DNA of 32,000 nt from Okeania sp. (GCF_035285525.1 NZ_JAYKGW010000171.1:1-32000), one strand, 5' to 3'. Positions 1 through 7,822 are shown, counted from the stretch's first letter. Translations and numbers: made by a program. Notes: a model not told the origin generated them from the letters alone.

Positions 1-165
1 GCAATATTTTAGGTATAAACGGTTTAAAAATCTAGGATTAAAAGCTAAAACCTGATAGAAAAATTAACGGATTATTCTTCTGACTCCATCCTTTAAGTTC
101 CCTTAAATTATCACTCCTGAATCTTGACTTTTCCCCTTTTCTAAAAGACTTTTTCAGCAAAGCGT

Positions 166-204
166 AAATAGGTTGTGATAAATCAAAAAGTAAATCAAAA
201 AAGT
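166..204 (+). repeat. Dispersed repeat family C, copy 1 (taaataggttgtgataaatcaaaaagtaaatcaaaaaag)
   Basis: Matches the reverse complement of 1199-1236 and the forward sequence at 20923-20955. Confidence 0.6.
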
Positions 205-321
205 GATTGATCGGGAACCGTAACTTTCATCAGTTAAGTGTTCCCTAAAAAGCAGTAATATTTTTGACAGGAATAAAATAGAATTACTATATTTATTCTT
301 TTTCGTTATTCAAAAAATACA

Positions 322-406
322 GGTGCATCTCATATTTTCCAAAATACTTTTTTCCTATTTCCTAAAAACGGTAATTTTTTGGATATATTCAAAATTGAGA
401 TGCACC
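322..406. repeat. Hairpin element with 11-bp inverted termini ggtgcatctca / tgagatgcacc
   Basis: Termini at 322-332 and 396-406 enclose a 63-nt AT-rich interior. It lies immediately downstream of the stop of ORF 418-1083 (- strand). A solo terminus ggtgcatctcaat occurs at 5131-5143. Confidence 0.55.
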
Positions 407-417
407 AAAAAAAGACT

Positions 418-1083
418 TTAACTATTTTCATCACTAAGTTTTTGAGTTTCTTGGTTAAGATAATTATTACCCAATAGTTGAGGAATAATTAAACCAGAAT
501 TAGTTTTATATTCTGGAAATTCTGGGTAACGAGATAGAGATTTATCTTTTTTAAACATATTAGGAATAAAGACTAAGGCAATAAATAATCCTAAAATTAA
601 ATAAGGTAGCCAATGTTGAGTTAACATTGCAAAAGGAATATAGACAAATATCTCTCCTAAATAGTTTGTATTTCGGCAACGGGCAAAGAATCCTTCTGTA
701 ATTAAACCTGATTTATATTTAAGAGTATAATATTTTTGAGCATCGCTACTATAGTGAAGGAAAATGCCAAAAATATTCAGAGAAATAGCAGCAGCTACTA
801 AAGGTAATGGAGGTTCAGTTCTACTACTAATTAAAATGTAGGGAGCTACCCAATATAAAGATAATAAGCCAAAACTAATAATGACTACGAATATAGTAAC
901 TTCTTGTTCCCATTGTTTGTCTGGATAGATACGATCTTTTATTAACCATAAAATTCCATAAGTACCATGTAGAGCTAGATAAACCCAAGGTCCTAAAGTA
1001 AAGTTTTGGTAGGCTATCATTAGTGCTAATACAAATATGAAAGTTGTTCCTTTATGGAGATTAATTGGATATTTAATTTTCAT
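418..1083 (-). CDS. Polytopic membrane protein, DUF1295 / steroid-5-alpha-reductase / ICMT-like methyltransferase superfamily
   Basis: 221-aa ORF with several hydrophobic helices. The C-terminal part GLITEGFFARCRNTNYLGEIFVYIPFAM...RYPEFPEYKTNSGLIIP resembles the (R)HPNYxGE and Y..Y...T..(f)IP signatures of DUF1295/ICMT-type membrane enzymes. Confidence 0.6.
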   Translation of the reverse strand: MKIKYPINLHKGTTFIFVLALMIAYQNFTLGPWVYLALHGTYGILWLIKDRIYPDKQWEQEVTIFVVIISFGLLSLYWVAPYILISSRTEPPLPLVAAAISLNIFGIFLHYSSDAQKYYTLKYKSGLITEGFFARCRNTNYLGEIFVYIPFAMLTQHWLPYLILGLFIALVFIPNMFKKDKSLSRYPEFPEYKTNSGLIIPQLLGNNYLNQETQKLSDENS

Positions 1084-1170
1084 TTGAAAGTGAAAGTTAT
1101 TTTCTCGTTAAACTTTCCTTTTATTATATAGCAGTTCCTATACTTGTGAGGTACAAAATTTCTGATTTTA

Positions 1171-1236
1171 GGGAATAGGGAACAGGTAAAAGTTTCAGTT
1201 TTTTGATTTACTTTTTGACTGGTCGCAACCTATTTA
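1171..1236 (-). repeat. Dispersed repeat family C, copy 2 (inverted relative to copy 1)
   Basis: The reverse complement reads taaataggttgcgaccagtcaaaaagtaaatcaaaaaactgaaacttttacctgttccctattccc. Confidence 0.6.
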
Positions 1237-1469
1237 GAATTATTATAGAAGCAACTTAGTATCTTTGCCTAAGACTAAATTTTTGAGGTACAAAGTTTTC
1301 TTCTGTAGATACAAGAAATACACCGAAAAGATGAAAAAATATTCCCATAAACCTCATCTCTATTGCCCATTGCCAACCTCCATACTTCTTCTTTGAAGAT
1401 GTCTATTTTTAAATGGGTTAACTTATCCGCTAAGGGAGAAAAATACTCCCATTACCATGTTTATAAAAA

Positions 1470-1527
1470 ATATAATAGACATCTCCAAAAAGAAAAAACA
1501 GGAAATCAATTCTTATTCATAAATTAT
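1470..1527 (+). repeat. Dispersed repeat family D, copy 1 (atataatagacatctccaaaaagaaaaaacaggaaatcaattcttat..ataaattat)
   Basis: ~58 bp nearly identical to 7711-7768. In both places an STRR-like stretch and then a family A MITE follow. Confidence 0.6.
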
Positions 1528-1592
1528 GAATTACTTCTTCCTATTACCCATTCCCTCTTTTTGGGAGAAGTATAATGACAATGCACATAATA

Positions 1593-1721
1593 ATATCATG
1601 TCCGGTAGCATCGGAGCGTGTATAGTATTAAGGTAAAAATGGTAGAAAAGCTTCTGCCCTCAGCATAACTCCCTTCTGCCTTCCTTCCACCAAAGTTTAA
1701 TTATTCAACCGCACATGATAT
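1593..1721. mobile_element. MITE-like element, family A (termini atatcatgtccgg ... ccgcacatgatat), copy 1
   Basis: Inverted termini atatcatgtccgg (1593-) and caaccgcacatgatat (-1721). It shares the sub-terminal aaagtttaaYtattcaacc with copy 3 and tattcaacc with copy 2. It ends 18 bp from the stop codon of ORF 1739-4111. Confidence 0.6.
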
Positions 1722-1738
1722 AATACACCATCAACTTA

Positions 1739-4111
1739 TCATTTTCTAGCCACAATTTTCCACAATTCCACCTGAACTTTTGCAACTACTTCTTGCCAGT
1801 TTCTCAACTGAGATTGACGGAATAATTTCATAGTTGGATACCAGGGAGTTTTTTCTCCTTTTTGTAACCAACGCCAGTCAGGATTAAAACATAATAAAGT
1901 CCAGACATTTTTACCTAATGCTCCGGCTAAATGTGCCACAGAAGTATCAACAGTAATGACTAAATCTAGTTGATTTATTACTGCTGCTGTATCAGCATAA
2001 TTATTTAACTCAGAACCTAAATTTTCTATGTAAATGTTATTGGGAAGTTGACTTAATTCTTGGCTACGTTCTCCTTTTTGCAGACTATAAAATTTCACTT
2101 CTGGTGTTTTTAAAATCGGTAAAAAGTCTGTTAGTTTACAGGAACGATTATCATCGTTTTTATGAGTAGGATTACCTCCCCAAATAATCCCTACTTTATA
2201 TTCAGTATTGGCAAGATTTATATAATTATTATTTGTTAATTTTAGATAGGGAATGTTGTTAGGAATTGTTTCTAAAGTTGTGTCGAAAATATGAGGTAAA
2301 CTCATTAATGGTATATAGGTATCAAATTCTGATAAATTTAGTTCTCCTGGTGGCATTAATTTATCAATTTCTGGGATATTTTTAAATAGGGGAATTAATT
2401 CTGGCGGACATACTAATATAATACTTTGACAACGTTTTGCTACTAAAGGAATATAACGAATAAATTGAATAGCATCTCCTGCTCCTTGCTCAGTATGAAC
2501 TAATAAATTTTTCTGGCTAATATCTTCCCCTTGCCATCGAGGGTGAAGGCATTGAAAAGGAGTAAATTCTGATGTTTTCCAGCGCCATTCAGATTCTGCA
2601 AATCCCCTTTTTAAATCTCCATTTTTTAATAATGTCATGGCTAAATTAAAATGTGCTTTAGCAAAATTACCGTTGAGATAAATTGCTTTTTCATAATGTT
2701 TAATAGCTGCCTCTAAATCACCTTTTTGACTATAAGCATAAGCAAGACTATTGTGAGCATCAGCATTATCTGGCTCTGTATTAATTACCTGTTGTAAAAT
2801 ATCAATTGCTGATTCATATTCTTCATTGTCTCCTAAAGCTACACCCAAATTATATTTAGCTTTAATTAAATCTGGTTGTAACTTCAAACATTCTTGATAA
2901 GTAGCGATCGCTTCTGTTAACTTACCATTTTCATATAAATCATTTCCTTTAGTTAAATAAGTTTCCGCCATAGCTATTTCTGAAATTGGTTTAACAGTTT
3001 CTGCTAAAGCTTCATCGGGCAAAACATAAGAACTTGCTAATAAATTTTCATCCCATTCAATAATTTCTGGAAATCGAATATTTGGCAAAACTGCCACAGA
3101 AAATATTTCTTGAACTCCCTCTTCAAACCTTAAAAAAGCGATAGTTTCTCCAGTTAAAATATTCACCACCCAAACCCCACAAATTCTTTCTTGAAGTTCA
3201 GTAATAGGCATTCCCGTAAAAACAGCAGTTTCTCGAACTTGAGACAAACCAATAAATGCTAAATCTCCCCAAAAATCTATACCGCGAGTAAACCCTGGTA
3301 ACTTAGCAATAGTTTCTAATTTTCTTTCTTTTAAATCAACCTTTGCTAAACTACCATTGCCCGATTCTAATAACCATAATTCTTCCTGATACCATCTCGG
3401 AGAATGAGGCATAGATAAACCCCGCATTAAAATTTCATTTGTTTCTATATCTATTAAAATTCCCCCATTAGCCTTATTCTTTCTCCACCCTGCTGAAGTG
3501 TCAGTTTCTCCTAAAGCTGTCGCATATTTTGGCAGATCATTTTTCAAACAAAATCCATTCAAATGACAGCGGTCTGTTAAATCATATCCAGTAATAAAAG
3601 GAGGTCTCCATTTCGGAACAAAACTATTAGGATGACCGAGGTGACAAAGACAAGAAAAACGAGTATTAATAAACCATAATTCATCTTTTGCCCAAGCCAT
3701 TTCGTGAATATCAATATCTCCAGTTATATGAATATTTCTAGGTAAATAACAAGCATCATGTTTACCAATAGGTTCGATTTTTTCTGCCACTGCTGGAACA
3801 TTACGAAAATCCCAAATTTGATAAGCAGTTCCCATAGAAATTTTTTCCTTAGTTACTGCTAATCCCATCGGTTTATTAAAAGAGCGAAAATGAGTATTAA
3901 TTACCCCATTATCCGGACGCAATACGATTAATTTACCTGCTTGATAGGTAGAAACAACTAAAGATATACCTAACTGGTCTAAAATATGGGGGAAATTATT
4001 TGTATGTACACTTCTTAATAAATAATTGTCAGTATTCACAGGAGTATCAGCTTGACTATTCATGTTCATTTCAGTTATTATTTTGAAAATCGGCACAAAT
4101 CTATTAAACAA
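1739..4111 (-). CDS. Three-part fusion: TIGR03032-like N-domain, TPR repeats, glycosyltransferase family 9 (heptosyltransferase-like) C-domain
   Basis: 790-aa ORF; an alternative ATG at 4069 gives MNMNSQ... aa ~30-365 (nt ~4024-3017) carry LGISLVVSTYQAGKLIVLR and other motifs I associate with the uncharacterised TIGR03032 family. aa ~380-505 (nt ~2974-2597) hold about 4 TPR units (AKYNLGVALGD, AHNSLAYAYSQKGDLEAAIKHYEKAI, AHFNLAMTLLKNGDL). aa ~510-790 have GT9-like motifs (GIIWGGNPTHKNDDNRS, DLVITVDTSVAHLAGALGKNVWTLL). Confidence 0.75.
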   Translation of the reverse strand: MFNRFVPIFKIITEMNMNSQADTPVNTDNYLLRSVHTNNFPHILDQLGISLVVSTYQAGKLIVLRPDNGVINTHFRSFNKPMGLAVTKEKISMGTAYQIWDFRNVPAVAEKIEPIGKHDACYLPRNIHITGDIDIHEMAWAKDELWFINTRFSCLCHLGHPNSFVPKWRPPFITGYDLTDRCHLNGFCLKNDLPKYATALGETDTSAGWRKNKANGGILIDIETNEILMRGLSMPHSPRWYQEELWLLESGNGSLAKVDLKERKLETIAKLPGFTRGIDFWGDLAFIGLSQVRETAVFTGMPITELQERICGVWVVNILTGETIAFLRFEEGVQEIFSVAVLPNIRFPEIIEWDENLLASSYVLPDEALAETVKPISEIAMAETYLTKGNDLYENGKLTEAIATYQECLKLQPDLIKAKYNLGVALGDNEEYESAIDILQQVINTEPDNADAHNSLAYAYSQKGDLEAAIKHYEKAIYLNGNFAKAHFNLAMTLLKNGDLKRGFAESEWRWKTSEFTPFQCLHPRWQGEDISQKNLLVHTEQGAGDAIQFIRYIPLVAKRCQSIILVCPPELIPLFKNIPEIDKLMPPGELNLSEFDTYIPLMSLPHIFDTTLETIPNNIPYLKLTNNNYINLANTEYKVGIIWGGNPTHKNDDNRSCKLTDFLPILKTPEVKFYSLQKGERSQELSQLPNNIYIENLGSELNNYADTAAVINQLDLVITVDTSVAHLAGALGKNVWTLLCFNPDWRWLQKGEKTPWYPTMKLFRQSQLRNWQEVVAKVQVELWKIVARK

Positions 4112-4275
4112 GGAAAATAACTAATAATCCGGATTTAAAGTTGAAATTTAGAGATGATAATCATCAAGGAGACTTTTTATCTTCTAGTCTGATGAAGATT
4201 CAGATAAGAAGTAGATATTTATCCTTGATATTATCTGTAGTAAAGGCTATTTTATCGTCAAATAAGGACATTAAT

Positions 4276-5013
4276 ATGTTAAAAAAGCTGGTTAAAAATG
4301 TTCTGGAGTCTCAAGGATATTTTATTTACAATATAGAAAACTTACCATTTGGATGCGATCATAAAGAGGATATAGCTAGAGTATCGCCTAGATTAAATGT
4401 AAATACAATTTTTGATGTTGGTGCTAATGTTGGAGTTATGAGTCTTTCATATAGAAAGAGATTCCCAAATGCTAAAGTGTATTCTTTTGAGCCAGTCAAT
4501 AAAACTTTTTCTCAATTAAAGGAAGCAACTAAGAATGATTTAGATATTCATTGCTACAACATGGCATTAGCTGCAGAAAACGGCTCTGGAATTATAAATA
4601 TTGGGAGTAAGTCAGGCCAAAACTCTTTAGTGATTCGTCAACAAGGTGAGATAACCTCACAGGAAGTAAAGTTGATAACTATTGACGATTTTCTTAACCA
4701 AGAACAGAAAATAGAGCAGATTGACATCCTCAAAATAGACGTTGAAGGTTTTGAATCTGATGTATTAAAGGGTGCAGAAAAAACATTAGACTCTGGCCGG
4801 ATTTTATATATCTATATCGAAACAACATTCCGGGAAGAGGACACTCATCACACCCAATTCTCTCAAATCCAAGAATTTCTGAGAAAATATAAATTTAACC
4901 TGATGGGGTTTTATGATATCTTACCATACTGGGCCGGAGGTAATGCAATTCCTTTTTGTAATGCTTTGTTCAAGCGCTGGGAGAAGGACTCTATTGCTAT
5001 CAAGAAATCATAA
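4276..5013 (+). CDS. FkbM-family SAM-dependent methyltransferase
   Basis: Motifs FDVGANVGVMSLSY...VYSFEPV and IDILKIDVEGFESDVLKGAEKTL are typical of the FkbM family. The track ORF opens at TTG 4141. ATG 4276 (MLKKLV...) or ATG 4192 are more plausible starts. The stop at 5013 is firm. Confidence 0.8.
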   Translation: MLKKLVKNVLESQGYFIYNIENLPFGCDHKEDIARVSPRLNVNTIFDVGANVGVMSLSYRKRFPNAKVYSFEPVNKTFSQLKEATKNDLDIHCYNMALAAENGSGIINIGSKSGQNSLVIRQQGEITSQEVKLITIDDFLNQEQKIEQIDILKIDVEGFESDVLKGAEKTLDSGRILYIYIETTFREEDTHHTQFSQIQEFLRKYKFNLMGFYDILPYWAGGNAIPFCNALFKRWEKDSIAIKKS

Positions 5014-5202
5014 TCTTCATCAGTTTCTAAAATCTTGATTCAAATGGACCTGTTCTGACATCAACCACCTTATTGTAAATGTTTTTTAGAACTTTGAAAA
5101 GGTAGTTTAGGTTGCTAGTCCGATAGATTGGGTGCATCTCAATTAATTAAAAACCCTCTTTATTCCATGCTTACAAACCAATTTTTATACCATTTCACCG
5201 TA

Positions 5203-5290
5203 ACCCTGCGATGATAAAAGACCCAAGTGTTACGACCCCGCGATGATCAAAGACGTAAGCGATGGGACCCCACGATGACAAATTTAGAGG
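5203..5290 (+). repeat. Three imperfect 32-nt tandem repeats (acccYRcgatgaYMaa...)
   Basis: Units are at 5203-5234, 5235-5266 and 5267-5290 (partial). The first 20 nt of units 1 and 2 match at 18/20. Confidence 0.55.
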
Positions 5291-5301
5291 TTTTATTATA
5301 C

Positions 5302-5383
5302 TCAGGACTTACGCAAAAGATTAAATCATACACAATATGTAGGGGAACTCCTACTAGATATGCTGGCTTTGCGTAAGTCCTGA
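5302..5383. mobile_element. Inverted-repeat element, family B (tcaggacttacgcaaa ... tttgcgtaagtcctga)
   Basis: 17-bp near-perfect inverted termini at 5302-5319 and 5367-5383 enclose ~47 bp. Confidence 0.6.
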
Positions 5384-5438
5384 TACTATAACTTAGGATA
5401 TAATTTAAGTTCAGCACTTTAAGACTATTCTTAAAATT

Positions 5439-5672
5439 ATGCTAAGACGTGTTAGTAAGATGCAAAAACAGGTTTTCTCCGAGTTATCCCCAGAACAAGA
5501 AATATTGCTTTCAAAGTATGTATAAAAGTGGAAAGCAATAGCAAAACTGACCCAAGTTATCGATTGAGAAAAAGTTGAAACAGCAATTAGAACTACTTAC
5601 AAAGCGAGTGGTTTTCCTGAACCTGAAATTATTTTTTTTCCAACCCTTTTGCCGCAATTAAAGAAATTTTAG
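5439..5672 (+). pseudogene. Decayed N-terminal fragment of a conserved cyanobacterial hypothetical protein
   Basis: A single frame reads MLRRVSKMQKQVFSELSPEQEILLSKYV*KWKAIAKLTQVID*EKVETAIRTTYKASGFPEPEIIFFPTLLPQLKKF*. In-frame stops lie at 5523 (TAA) and 5565 (TGA), and the terminal TAG is at 5670. The pattern ..LSPEQE.L...Y..KW..IA.....ID.EK...A....Y...G..EPEIIF resembles N-termini of a hypothetical-protein family I recall from cyanobacteria. The remainder is missing, and a MITE-like element starts at 5739. Confidence 0.5.
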
Positions 5673-5738
5673 AGACTAAAAATTTTAATACTTAGCAAAG
5701 ATGCGGTTTTTTTGCACAGGAATCAGGATTTAGGAGTC

Positions 5739-5930
5739 ATATCATGTTCGGATAATCAGTTATAATAAAGTTTAAGGACTGACACCTGCCGACACCTGTC
5801 AAAGAAATACTGAAATTATTAATACTATTCCTTATTTACTTCCCCTCCTGGGAGGGGTTAGGGGTGGGTTAACTCCTGACTCCTGACTCCTCACAACAGT
5901 TATTGATAAGTATTCAACCGAACATGATAT
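5739..5930. mobile_element. MITE-like element, family A, copy 2 (longer, variable core)
   Basis: atatcatgttcggataatcagt (5739-) ... tattcaaccgaacatgatat (-5930). The core contains the hairpin cccctcctgggagggg (5842-5857) and ctcctga heptamers. Confidence 0.6.
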
Positions 5931-5989
5931 CAGAAGTCAGGAATTAAGAAATAAAATAGGGAAAAAAAGTAGAAAAATGCCTTCATCTT

Positions 5990-6025
5990 CCCACAGTTCC
6001 CACACTCCCCACACTCCCCACACTC
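5990..6025 (+). repeat. STRR-like 9-nt tandem array (cccacactc x ~4)
   Basis: cccacagttcccacactccccacactccccacactc, just downstream of the M16 gene stop. Confidence 0.7.
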
Positions 6026-6043
6026 TGCTTTTTTCAGCAAACC

Positions 6044-7642
6044 CTACTTGGGAAGTAATCTCCCAATAGTCCGGTTTTCTGCCACGAAAGTTTCTTGAGC
6101 AACACGCTGAATATCTTCTCTAGTGACAGCATTAATGTTATCCAACTCTTTAAATAAATTTTGCCACGAACCTGTTTTCACTTCGTAGTCCACCAGAGCT
6201 GATGCCATACCCATGTTAGAATCAAGAGACTGTAATAAACCTGCCCGCGCTTGAGCTTTTACCCGCTCTAACTCTGACTCAGAAACTAACTCCGTTTTCA
6301 ATTTTTCTATTTCTGTTCGCAAAGCTGCTCCTACTTCATCAACATCATTATTAGGAGCAGTTATAGCATAGAATAACATTAGGTGTGGGTATTTATCTCC
6401 CGGATAACCACTAAACCCCCTCGCGGAAAGAGCGATTTGTTGTTCCTCAACCAGCGACTGATATAGGCGAGAAGTTCTACCATTACTCAGAATACTCACA
6501 ATCATATCATAAACCACATTGTCGGGATGATTTATTCCTGGTCGATGATAACCTTCTAAATACCAAGGTTGAGATGGTAACTTCATCGTTATTTCCCTGG
6601 TTTCAGTTTGGGTGGGTTCCACAATATTGACTTCTGGTGGTGTTGCTTTGGTTGCATAGCGACCGAAATATATTTTCGCTAATTTCTTGACTTCTTTGGG
6701 ATTAACATCTCCAACTATCCCTACAGTTAAGTTATTAGGAACATAGTAAGTATCAAAAAAATCCTGAACATTTTCTCTAGTTAAATTTTGTAGATCCTCT
6801 GTGTAACCAATGACTGGGCGACCATAAGGATGTACTTGGAAACCTTGAGCGAGTAATTTTTCCAATATTTGAGCAACAGGTGAATTTTCGGTGCGCGATC
6901 GCTTCTCCTCCAAAATTACTTGTTTTTCTTTATAAAATTCTCTAAATACTGGTTCCAAAAATCTTTCTGACTCCAAAGACATCCATAACTCTAATTTGTT
7001 GGCAGGTAAACTGTAAAAGTATTGGGTGTAGTCAGCGGAGGTGGCAGCATTCAATCCTACTCCTCCTGCTTGTTTGACAATTTTTGAGAAATCATTTTGA
7101 GCGACATATTCAGATGCTAGCTTTTGAGTTTGTTCAAAGTCTGCTTTCAGTTGAGCAACTTGTTGGGTGTCACCATCCTTGCTTGCTTCCTGAATCTGTG
7201 CGAATATTTGATCTAATTTATCTAAAACTGGTTTTTCTGCCTCATAGTCTTTGGTACCAATTTTTCTTGTGCCTTTAAAAGCTAAATGTTCTAGGTAGTG
7301 AGCTACACCTGTCTGTCCGTCTGGTTCATCTACTCCACCCACATTAGCATAAATGAGAAAGGAGATTACCGGAGCATTGTGTCGTTCGAGAACGATGAAT
7401 TTCATGCCATTTTCGAGGCGAAATTCTGTTACTTCTTTAATTACTCGGTCTAAATAGGGTTTGATAGAGATTTTTTGGTCAGGAATAGATTCCTTAGCTA
7501 AGACTGTATGACCAGGAAATCCAAGCCAAAATAAACTTATAGCAATTAAACAAAAGCATAATAAAAGTGATCGCTTTTGGAGTTTGGCCTTGTCTAAATT
7601 AGTAGTAATTATTTTTTGACACCAAATTGGAAATTTCAGCAT
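6044..7642 (-). CDS. M16 (pitrilysin/insulinase) family zinc peptidase with N-terminal signal/anchor
   Basis: 532-aa ORF with the inverted zinc motif HxxEH in GVAHYLEHLAFKGT. The length fits the two-domain M16 architecture. A hydrophobic N-terminus (LLLCFCLIAISLFWLGF) is present. Confidence 0.85.
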   Translation of the reverse strand: MLKFPIWCQKIITTNLDKAKLQKRSLLLCFCLIAISLFWLGFPGHTVLAKESIPDQKISIKPYLDRVIKEVTEFRLENGMKFIVLERHNAPVISFLIYANVGGVDEPDGQTGVAHYLEHLAFKGTRKIGTKDYEAEKPVLDKLDQIFAQIQEASKDGDTQQVAQLKADFEQTQKLASEYVAQNDFSKIVKQAGGVGLNAATSADYTQYFYSLPANKLELWMSLESERFLEPVFREFYKEKQVILEEKRSRTENSPVAQILEKLLAQGFQVHPYGRPVIGYTEDLQNLTRENVQDFFDTYYVPNNLTVGIVGDVNPKEVKKLAKIYFGRYATKATPPEVNIVEPTQTETREITMKLPSQPWYLEGYHRPGINHPDNVVYDMIVSILSNGRTSRLYQSLVEEQQIALSARGFSGYPGDKYPHLMLFYAITAPNNDVDEVGAALRTEIEKLKTELVSESELERVKAQARAGLLQSLDSNMGMASALVDYEVKTGSWQNLFKELDNINAVTREDIQRVAQETFVAENRTIGRLLPK

Positions 7643-7710
7643 AATAAATGGTAAAATTTAGTCAATTAATAACTTAAGATTATATTATATTTCCTGTAAT
7701 TTGGCTAATA

Positions 7711-7768
7711 ATATAATAGACATCTGCAAAAAGAAAAAACAGGGAATCAATTCTTATCTATAAATTAT
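7711..7768 (+). repeat. Dispersed repeat family D, copy 2
   Basis: atataatagacatctgcaaaaagaaaaaacagggaatcaattcttatctataaattat. Confidence 0.6.
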
Positions 7769-7784
7769 CATTTACTTTCCTCTA

Positions 7785-7822
7785 TTCCCTCCATACCTGT
7801 TCCCTCCATACCTGTTCCCTAC
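7785..7822 (+). repeat. 15-nt tandem array (ccctccatacctgtt x ~2.5)
   Basis: ttccctccatacctgttccctccatacctgttccctac. The same motif recurs at 12781-12800 and 12911-12925. Confidence 0.7.

Noticed and set aside
1363-1575. 70-aa ORF in the spacer between ORF 418-1083 and ORF 1739-4111.
   Set aside because: More than half of it is encoded by dispersed repeat family D (1470-1527) and STRR-like sequence that recur non-coding at 7711-7800. It has no start context or recognisable motif.
4141-4275. N-terminal extension of the FkbM methyltransferase from the TTG at 4141 (track ORF start).
   Set aside because: The extension (MKFRDDNHQGDFLSSSLMKIQIRSRYLS...) has no counterpart that I recognise in FkbM proteins. 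It would also leave only 29 bp for the divergent promoter region. An ATG at 4276 (or 4192) is more plausible, but this is not proven.
5886-5896. actcctcacaa, a 10/11 match to the conserved single-stranded ACUCCUCACAC motif of the cyanobacterial sRNA Yfr1, preceded by the hairpin cccctcctgggagggg (5842-5857).
   Set aside because: It lies in the variable core of a MITE-like element and is the tail of a ctcctga heptamer run. There is no 3' terminator hairpin with a U-tract, and the last conserved C is changed. This is more likely a by-product of the tandem heptamers.
7084-7278. 64-aa plus-strand ORF inside the M16 peptidase gene, and the 60-aa minus-strand ORF 10753-10935 inside the LamG gene; also 31629-31820 inside trmD.
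   Set aside because: Each lies antisense within a well-supported longer CDS and has no independent support.
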